This document shows positions 50,770 to 59,801 of a stretch of DNA of 59,801 nucleotides, piece by piece. A program made the position numbers and the translations under genes. The notes below the pieces were generated by a model, which was given only the letters and a program-made list of their open reading frames with translations, searched no databases and had not been told where the DNA came from. The DNA is from Carcharhinus longimanus (Eukaryota), in NCBI GenBank assembly GCA_030264375.1, contig JASCQW010000119.1, forward strand, positions 8,700,372 through 8,760,172, given 5' to 3'. The stretch's first letter is position 1; every line of letters begins with the position of its first letter.

Positions 50770-51985
50770 TCCCAGGGACGTCCCAAAGCTCCTGAACCTT
50801 ATTTGAAACAGACTCCTAAATCCCTCCATGTCCATCCCGCTCATGTGTCGACCTAAGTAACTCTAAAACAACTCCAGCGTGCCTGCCTCCACCACCTTGC
50901 GTGGCAGAACATTCCATACCCCCGCTACCCTCTGTGTGAAAACCCTCCCGAATTATACCTCGCCTCCCTCACCCTAAGCCCGTGGCCCCTCGTAATGTGC
51001 GTTTCCAACTTAGGAAAAAAAAACTTACAACTGTTTACTCTATCTATACCCTTCATAATCTTATATACTTCTCTTAGATCTCAACTCAGTCGCCGCCTTT
51101 CAAGGGAAAACAACCCCAATTTGCCCAACCTTTCCTCATAACCCTTCCATACCAGGCAGCATCCTGGTAAACCTCCTCTGCACTCTATCCGGTGTCTCCA
51201 CGTCCGTCCGGCAGTACGGCGACCCGAACTGGACGCAGTACTCCAACTGCGGCCTAACCAACGTTCTATACAACTGCAACGTTAGACTCCAGCTCTTACA
51301 CTCTATGTCCCTTCCTATAAAGACTAACATACCATAGCTTTCTTTGCAATCTTCTCCAGTTGTGCTGCCATCTTACAAGACTTGTGCATTTGCACCCCCA
51401 AGTCACTCTGCATTTCTATGTTCTTAATAGGTCTACACTTTATCATCTAACTCCCCCTACATTATTTCTCCCAAAATGCATCACCTCACATTTATCGTGA
51501 TTAAATAGAATCTGCCATTTATCTGCCCAATATACCAGCCTATCTATATCCCTTTGTATTGCCTGACACTGCTCCTCACTGTCCGCCAATCCAGCCATCT
51601 TAGTGTCACCTGCAAATTTGCTGATCACACCACTTACTCCCTCTTCCAAGTCATTTATGTATATTACAAAGAGAAGAGGTCCCAGCACTGAGCCCTGAGG
51701 CACACCACTATTGACAGACCTCCAGATAGAAAAGGACCTTTCCACTACTACCCTCTGTCTCCTCTTACCAAGCCAGTTATCAAAACATCTATATACCTGA
51801 CTTTATATTCCATGAGCCTTAAGCTTGTCAACCAACATACCATGAGGGACTTTGTCAAACGCCTTACTGAAATCCATATAGACGACATCAACGGCTCGTC
51901 ATTTGTCGACGGTTTTTGTCACCACCTCAAAAAATTCTACCAGATTCGTAAGGCAAGACTTCCCCTTAACAAAGCCGTTGTGGAC
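50770..51985 (-). mobile_element. CR1 LINE RT to 3' end (best preserved copy)
   Basis: SGVPQGSVLGPLLFVIYINDL, KFAGDTK, KCEVMHFG and LYRTLVRPQLEYCVQF motifs. Confidence 0.97.
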
Positions 51986-52434
51986 TTTGACATTATGATG
52001 CGTTATAAGCTATGAAATGCTAAGTCAACGTCTTTGTTTAATTTCGTTTAACATATGTTGATTGCAACACTCGAATAGTCCACTAATAGTTGAATAATGT
52101 TGCATACCATCACAACGCATTCCATTCATAACCATGACAATTAAGTGGACCAACACAACGCAGGTGAGTTTAACAATTGTTAAGACTTTTTTTTCATATT
52201 GATTGTATGTGAAAATAAAGTAAGCAAATGGCATCGATAGATCTCCCAGTATTTTTTTCAAGATAATGGACCGGAAAAATCCGCGGCTGCAATCATTTGT
52301 TGTAACATGGTCGACATTAAAACTGAGGGTTTATTTTTGTTGTTGCATATTTGCATACTGACGTCCAAAGTGAGAGTAGAACATGATGCAATTCCGCCTG
52401 CTTTCACTTGAGATAAGTCTATTCTTAATTTCAG

Positions 52435-52449
52435 ATAAAGTATTGAAGG
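52435..52449 (+). CDS. Microexon 19 (15 nt, DKVLK)
   Basis: tattcttaatttcag|ATAAAGTATTGAAGG|gtaagt; consensus splice sites, 3n, open in phase 1. Confidence 0.65.
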
Positions 52450-54384
52450 GTAAGTTACTTCATGATACGCTGGGTTGAATTAACAACGCTTGACTGAACG
52501 TATTAGGAGTTTCTTTTTTTTCCATTCTGCAAGTAAAAGTATTACTGTTGCCCACAATTAACATTGTTCATGTTGCATTGTTTTTTTTTATCTTAATGTT
52601 GTTAGAGCATGCACTCCTCAAAGACCAAAAAGAAAACTAAATGACTCAAAGCATGGTGTTTATTTTGATTCGAGTGTTTGCATCCCAATATTTTATTCTT
52701 TCCATTAACTGCTCAGACCGTTACGGCTGGGATCTTTTGCAGAGGCCTTTTACACCTGAATTACTCGGGGTTATTTCAATGTTAGCAAAAACAAAAATTG
52801 CATTTCTAAAGGCGGACCTTAAAATTCACTCTCCAAATATCTAATTGTTTAGTTATGTGTAAATGTGTCCTTTATCATTGCAGTGAAAATCCCTCTGGGG
52901 TTTCATAACAATAAAAGAATTAGGAAACCGTCACTATCAATTCACGTTATGATTTCAAGATGCAATACTATCCTGTAATCAATGATAAACATGTTAGTCG
53001 AAGGACATGCTGACATATTGTGTCTTGGGGTTTGTCACATGTGGGTCAACTACGTTGCAAACACATCAAAAAGGAGTAAAGAAAACGCGAATGTGCAGAA
53101 ATTGGGCGTGATATAATGATGTTTTCAGGGCAATTGCAATTTTTTTTTAGGAAAACACTTCTCACTGAAATTGGCAGCATTCTCGAACGATTGGCAATTA
53201 TCTTTCAATAATTGGCGGTGAGGTAATGCAGCATTCCATGTTCTGCAGATAACAAATGTTGCTGAAATATAGTAAGGATTCAGGCCCAGTGACTGTGCAG
53301 AGAGCGCACGTTAAAGCGAATAAGTTGAATGGCATCTTGAAGATCGTGAGCTTGCACAGTTTTCTTTAATGTATTTCGTTTCACATGTACAGTCTCGTCG
53401 TTGAAAAAAAAACGTCAGAACTTTGCAAAACAATTTATGGCATGATTTCCAAGTTCATCGCGTTGGTGAGGAGCCCCACTTCCGCCGACGTGGTTTTCAC
53501 CCTTCGGATTCTCTTGGCGGGTGTTGTGATAAATATAAAGTAACATGCACAATCACAAGAAGTGGCGACGGGCGTCTGAATGGCACCGGACACGTCGAAT
53601 CTTGGCAAATGAACGTATTGGGAGTGGAAAATTACGCCATTTGACTTTAGCTACCTTTTTGTTTGACTTGGTTGTACTGATATACTACTATCAAGCTTTT
53701 CCCACAGATTTTAAATGATCTGTTTTCGGCGCTACACACTTGGGAAAAGCGGCCACCAATTATTCAGTATAGCTTATGTTCTAATTTGCACCTTACGCTC
53801 ATTAGCCAACACCATAACTTATTAGTTGTGTTTGCAGGAAGGAAGGCCATCAATGATTTAACAGTGGATAGCCATGTGAAACTATCCTTGTAAAATCGTG
53901 CACTTGGTGTTATCGTATTTATAACCATCATTTTTACTGTCTGCCTTAACATAACCTGTAACTCTAACATTTGTACTCCACGCTCACATGCGCACCTGCT
54001 TCCAATTCACACTCATCTGAATGACACTTCCACTCAGGTCATGCAAAGTCAAACATTGCACTGACTTCATGGAAAGTCACTCTCACCTCGACCTGACATC
54101 GATCACGTTGTTGCATGTTTGTCAGTTCCCATGGAAGATATTGTCTTCCTGTCTAAAACTTAAAGATTGTCTCTGATGCCAATGCTCATTAGTAAGTGCT
54201 AACCAGAAATGCAAAAAAAAAATCTTCCATAGATTTTCAGTATTCACCTATGGTGCAGCAAAAAAAACAAAGAATTTTTTTTGTTTTGACTGAGGAAAAT
54301 CCGTAAGTTGACGAAAATTCCATGCTGCCTGAAACAAAGTCCACAGTTGCATCTGCTGGAACGAGCTTTTGCAGATCTGTCCCA

Positions 54385-55325
54385 TGGTCAGCTGAGTCAA
54401 GGGACAGCTTTCCGAAAGCTCATGCTATCAAATAAATATTTTGGACGGAAAAATGGGGTTGTGAGAATTACTTCTCTGCCTACACAGTCCAACGCCAATA
54501 CCTCCACAGTCTGGTTTAATNNNNNNNNNNNNNNNNNNNNNNNNNNNNNNNNNNNNNNNNNNNNNNNNNNNNNNNNNNNNNNNNNNNNNNNNNNNNNNNN
54601 NNNNNNNNNNNNNNNNNNNNNNNNNNNNNNNNNNNNNNNNNNNNNNNNNNNNNNNNNNNNNNNNNNNNNNNNNNNNNNNNNNNNNNNNNNNNNNNNNNNN
54701 NNNNNNNNNNNNNNNNNNNNNNNNNNNNNNNNNNNNNNNNNNNNNNNNNNNNNNNNNNNNNNNNNNNNNNNNNNNNNNNNNNNNNNNNNNNNNNNNNNNN
54801 NNNNNNNNNNNNNNNNNNNNNNNNNNNNNNNNNNNNNNNNNNNNNNNNNNNNNNNNNNNNNNNNNNNNNNNNNNNNNNNNNNNNNNNNNNNNNNNNNNNN
54901 NNNNNNNNNNNNNNNNNNNNNNNNNNNNNNNNNNNNNNNNNNNNNNNNNNNNNNNNNNNNNNNNNNNNNNNNNNNNNNNNNNNNNNNNNNNNNNNNNNNN
55001 NNNNNNNNNNNNNNNNNNNNNNNNNNNNNNNNNNNNNNNNNNNNNNNNNNNNNNNNNNNNNNNNNNNNNNNNNNNNNNNNNNNNNNNNNNNNNNNNNNNN
55101 NNNNNNNNNNNNNNNNNNNNNNNNNNNNNNNNNNNNNNNNNNNNNNNNNNNNNNNNNNNNNNNNNNNNNNNNNNNNNNNNNNNNNNNNNNNNNNNNNNNN
55201 NNNNNNNNNNNNNNNNNNNNNNNNNNNNNNNNNNNNNNNNNNNNNNNNNNNNNNNNNNNNNNNNNNNNNNNNNACTTCTCTGCCTACCCAGTCCAACGCC
55301 AATATCTCCACATTATGGTTTAATC
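54385..55325 (+). mobile_element. Penelope-like terminal-repeat fragment(s) flanking an assembly gap
   Basis: ctgagtcaagggacagctttccgaaagct..caaataaatattttggac..cagtccaacgcc; the last ~50 bp recurs after the gap. Confidence 0.55.
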
Positions 55326-56180
55326 TGTTCATTGAATCAGCGTCTAATTCTACACACATCAGTAATGCATTCAGAATGGTGTCAGGTGTTTAATAAGTGT
55401 TCTCTCAACTATTACGATCTAGTGCTTGAAATCAAGTGGAGGAACCTCTAATGATTGTGCCTTTGAATCTTACATTTTGGCACTTCAATTGTCGGGCGCT
55501 TTAGTTCAAGAAAAAAAAGTGTTTTTTTGACAAAAACTGTACGTTTCTGTCTTGTCCTTTGAACTGATTTTTTTTCCCGAAGGTGACCATCCATCGTGGG
55601 TCAGGATGAATATTGAGATGTCACTTATCAACGGTCGCCCCTACGAATACGAAGCCAGCAACTGGGAGTTCCGAATATATCTCAGTTAGATTTCAGTAGC
55701 TTAAGAAAAAAACATGTTTAATTGAGGAGCCTCCTGAATATTAAATACCATTTTCTGAGTTCCAGTGATGCAGCATTACATGAATAAGTCCTAACTTATT
55801 AATCAGTTTAAGAGTTAGAACATAGACATGAATTAAAATTTGCATTAGTGACCGCCGTTCAATGTTTGACTACTCCACAGATGCAACTGAATGTCAAAAA
55901 GCATTGAAAGATTTAGGTGCGTATCCGGCTTTTATGCTTCCACCATATGTTCGTCGAGTTATTGTCGAATTGTGATAATGCAACAGAAATACAAAATGAA
56001 TAATTGTGTTTCTTATCACTCTACTTAATTTATGACAATTGCATTGTTTGCATTGATGCATTATTTCAGAAACAAACAACTCGGATGCAATACCTTTTAA
56101 GTCAAATCCAGAAACCCATAGATTATGGCAAAATATAGTCCTTAATTACAAAATTGTTGGCTTTATTTGTCTCCCCATAG

Positions 56181-56210
56181 CAACACAAATGTATAAAGCA
56201 AAGGAAATGG
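56181..56210 (+). CDS. Microexon 20 (30 nt, ATQMYKAKEM)
   Basis: ctttatttgtctccccatag|...TGG|gtaaat; 3n, open in phase 1. Confidence 0.6.
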
Positions 56211-58289
56211 GTAAATAGATGATTACATCATCCGTAAATATTTTAAATGTTTCCGCTGGTTATTTTTATTGAAAACAACATAGTAATTACTGTAAACGAA
56301 TGAGAGGTATTAACTATCCAGAGCTTCTTAAAGGCAAGGGAGTCATTGAATTATCTAAAGATGCATTCAGAAAAAGTGTCTTGTACGCTGCAACACAGTT
56401 TATATCGGGACAACATGCAACGTTACATGATTGACACCACAGTTAGATTGATATGGAGGTTAAAGGTACTCTTGGAACAGACCAGAGGAAGGCATACTAC
56501 TACCACAGTTGAGTGTGGTAGATCAGAAGGGAAATGTTCAAGCATCACTACTAGCATGATTAATCCTGAACAATGGTCAGAACATATGTACGCTGAATAC
56601 ACAATAGTAGCTTGCAAGATCAGCAGATAATTATACCTAGTCTGATTGTAATCTCTAATTTAGATCACGCCTAATTTAGTTAATCTATGAACTCCTTGCA
56701 ATCCAGTGAACTGCCAATGTCTGCCAATGAATGTTCGAGGATTATACTTCCAGCAAATTGTCAGGAACGGTTGGAAGGATTTACGTCCTTGGAGAGGAGA
56801 ACGCATGACGTCAGATTTTCGCTGTAAACGGTACACACTATATTATTGAGCAAAGACTTTGATTACATTTTAAATCACATATGCTATTATCAAAAATGGT
56901 AAACGTTCTATCTCAACCATCCTTCTCCAAAAATGCCAACAACGATACACTTCAATCAGATATGGTATTCCTTCTTCGCAATTGAGCAGAAACATGCCAG
57001 ACAGTCGAATCTTCCCTCCGAAGCAAATACACACTTACTCGAATTTGTTGGTGAACTGTTTGCGCCTCCGCCCTCTGCCCAAACAATTACATGTTTCCAT
57101 TAGACGAGGTTGATAACACTGTTTAGATTATGACAATTGTGAAATCACTGGCACACGATTGCAGGAAAAAAAAAACATCCATGAATCACTGAACTCGCTT
57201 CTTCCCACTACCGATATTCCCATTGAAATATCTCTTTAATTATTGATGTGCCCGCCTACTAACCCTGCATGTTTCATGCAGTAGGACAACCACGTCCATC
57301 TGCGGCTGATATGTGTTGCATTTTTCACCAGGAAGGTTTGCCAGTGCTGCACTGGAAGGGTTGCTTGCAGCGGCCAAAGCCTGAGAACCAGAGCTGCAGT
57401 TAAGAGAGAGTAAAGATTGCGGGAAAGTAGATTTTAGGACTGACATGTTTGGCAAGAAAATGGCAGGCACTGACAGTTTAATACACACAATGGGACCGAT
57501 AACTGATGTATATTTATTTCAACTTAATGAATATTGCCGGCAAAGCAGCTGATCCTTGATCCTGGGTCAGTGTAATAGGCTTTGATGTTTGATTTGTACC
57601 CTGAAATATTAAGCACAGACGACGATTCAAGAAAGGAAATCATAACAGCTTGGACTCCAAAGGCCACTGTAATACAAGTCTTGATTCGGCCTCAGTTGTA
57701 TTTTTAAGTTCAGCCCTCGTCGCCATACTACCAGACTGCGCGGTGAATGTTGCATGATTGAGAGGAAAGATGCTGACGTTGGGTGAAACCAGCGAGCGGT
57801 ACGCTGCAAGGAGCTAAATCGTCATTAAACCTGCATTCAGTGTGATCTAAATTCGTTCTTACTTGGGAAGTTAAAAGCTGAATTTAGTGCACCCCTGCAG
57901 CAGGAATTAGCTGAGTCAGCTCTCAAAATAACCTGGCTGGCTCTTTGTACAACTATTTAAATGCAGTTTCAGGGCGTTGTAAATTGGGCCTAGAGTGTTG
58001 TTCTGACTGCACGATAGCACTGCCTGACAAAAAGGAGTGTTTTTTTGAGTTGGGGTGAAAACAGGGAGTTAGATGGAAAACGCAGCGGTGGCTGCAAGGG
58101 AGAGTGCTAATTGGTCAGCAAGTGTATTTTTTATTTTACTTTTTATTCTTGACATTGTTGTTGTTGTAATTTGCAATAGTGTGTCTGTATTGTTTATGAG
58201 GTTTATCATTTGAAAAGTTTATAATTGGTAGTAACAAGAAAATTGGATATAATCTGAAACAAAACATCTTTCAAAGGCTTAATTTAAAG

Positions 58290-59801
58290 GGATAAAACAT
58301 GAGAGGAGCATTCCAAGCCGTGGATTGCCCCTCTTGCCCCATATGCCAGGCAGGGGCTGTTCCAGTCCCCTGGGTCAGCACGTATGCAGGATGTGTCTCC
58401 AGCCACAGCTCCTACAAGCGCGAGTTTCAGAGCTGGAGCGGCGGCTGGAGAAACTTGGAACATCCAAGGGTCAGACAGTGTCGTTGATAGCACGGTACAA
58501 GAGTTCGTCACAACACAGGCAGAAAGGAAATGGGTGACCACAAGACCAACCAAGATAGATAGGCAGGTCGTGCAGCAAAAGCAGCAAACGTTTCTACCAA
58601 TATATAAAACGAAAAAGAGTGACTAAAGTAAACATTAGTCATTTCGAGGATGAGAAGGGGGATCTCATAACTGAAAATGAGAAAATGATTGAGGCATTGA
58701 ACAGGATTTTCATTTTGAGTCTGTCTTCACAGTGGGAGGCACAAATAAGAAGTCAAAAAATGATGACAGGAAGTCTATGGCAGGTGAGAACCTAAAGGCG
58801 ACTCTTATTGCGAACGAGGTAGTGTGGAATCAACAAATGAATCTAAAAGGTAAACAAATGTCCTGACCCTGATGGAATGCATCCCGCGTACTAATGAAGA
58901 TGCTGGGAGAAATAGCAAACGCACTCGTGGTAATTTATCAATATTTGCTGGACTCTGGGCTAGTTCCCGTAAATTGGGAAATGGCAAATTTGACGCCACT
59001 TTAAAAAAAAAGTTGCCAAAAGGCATATATCTATAGGCTGGTTAGCTTAACGTCTGTAGTAGAATCTATATGCTGGAATCTAAAATCATGGAACAATTAG
59101 CGAGAAATGTGGTTATGCATTGTCCAGTTTGTAAGATGCAGACGGGTTCGTGAAGGAAAGGTCATGTTTGACGAATTTGGTAGAATTACTTGAGAACTTT
59201 ACACGCATGTGGGGAACCTCTGGATATGGATATCTGGATTTCGAGATGGCATTTGGCAATGTGCCATTCCAAAGACTGCTGCATAAGATAAACGTGCGCA
59301 ATGTTACGGGTGACGTACTAGCATGGATAGAGGATTGATTAACTAACTGAAAGCAAAGAGTGGGGGTAAAAGGTTTTTTTTTTCTGCTTGGCGATCAATG
59401 ACTAATGGTGTGCCTCAAGGATTTGTATCGAGACAACAATTGTTTACGATTTACAGCGACGATTGGGTTTTGGGGACCAAGTGTAATGTGCCAAAATTCG
59501 TAGAGGACACTAAGATGAGTCGCTGGTCAAAGTTTGCAGACTACGTTGAATGTCTGCAAAGGGATATAAGTAGTCTAACTGAACGGGGAATGGTCCGGCA
59601 AATCGCGTACAGTGTTAGTAAAAGTGAGGCATTCCATGTTGGTAGGAATAAAGCAAAATGGATAATTATTTAAATGGTAAAGCAATTGCAACGTGCTGCT
59701 GAGTAGAGGGATGTGGCTTGCGTTGTGCTAGAACCACAGGGGGTATTTTTTGCAGGTGCAGCAGGTAATTATGAAAGCAAATATAATATTGTCCTTCATT
59801 G
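58290..59801 (+). mobile_element. CR1 LINE: ORF1 zinc finger/leucine zipper joined to ORF2 RT, runs off the window
   Basis: AVDCPSCP, HVCRMCLQPQLLQARVSELERRL; then ERSCLTNLVE, YLDFEMAFGNVP, NGVPQG and KFVEDTK. Confidence 0.93.

Larger units (their letters stand above)
9556..56210 (+). other. Internal part of an unidentified multi-exon gene: array of ~20 phase-1 microexons encoding a 21-aa-repeat coiled coil
   Basis: AG-[27 or 36 nt]-GT units recur in alternation. All read open in the same phase-1 frame, with shared motifs (E-x-K-L-x-x-K and E-L-x-x-C-x-x-x-L-x-x-L). The spliced product has no stop over 200 codons, while other frames of many exons contain stops. Confidence 0.85.

Noticed and set aside
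53249-53271. 23-nt AG..GTAAG unit
   Set aside because: In-frame TGA, not 3n, and lies in repeat-like sequence.
56754-56784. ANCQERLEGF, similar to exon 8
   Set aside because: No GT donor at a 3n position.
1-59801. CRISPR arrays, operons, rRNA or tRNA genes
   Set aside because: Sequence is vertebrate intronic DNA; the tRNA-like pieces are SINE heads; no repeat-spacer array seen.

Overview
Eukaryotic, repeat-rich genomic DNA, most likely from a cartilaginous fish: it carries HE1/V-SINE-type SINEs, CR1/HER1-type LINEs, and Rex1, Tx1, Penelope and Gypsy relics. There are six N-gaps. None of the supplied ORFs looks like an intact host gene; they are TE fragments, microsatellites or gaps. The main signal is invisible to the ORF track: about 20 plus-strand microexons spread over ~47 kb (9,556-56,210). 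All are symmetric phase 1 and 3n in length, and for most of the array they alternate 27 and 36 nt. Spliced together they give 600 nt of stop-free frame encoding a 21-residue (three-heptad) coiled-coil repeat with a recurring Cys: EEKLDAKYK-ELKKYNESLEVP-KNKLKSKVK-ELSECEGRSEEL-DEMLNAKVK-GQKKLSDYLNEL-GGKLKAKNQ-ELNNCQQYLEDL-ERKLREKEK-EHNACQYVLKEL-EEKLNGRNT-ELANCGVALYNL-EETIKAKKQ-VAKRETHLLVE-ETKLKAKMQ-EYQNLQAKC-KKEHGENNI-EIEHLKAKVTSL-DKVLK-ATQMYKAKEM. I found no start codon, terminal domain or stop, so the gene cannot be named. Everything was identified by eye; TE boundaries are approximate.
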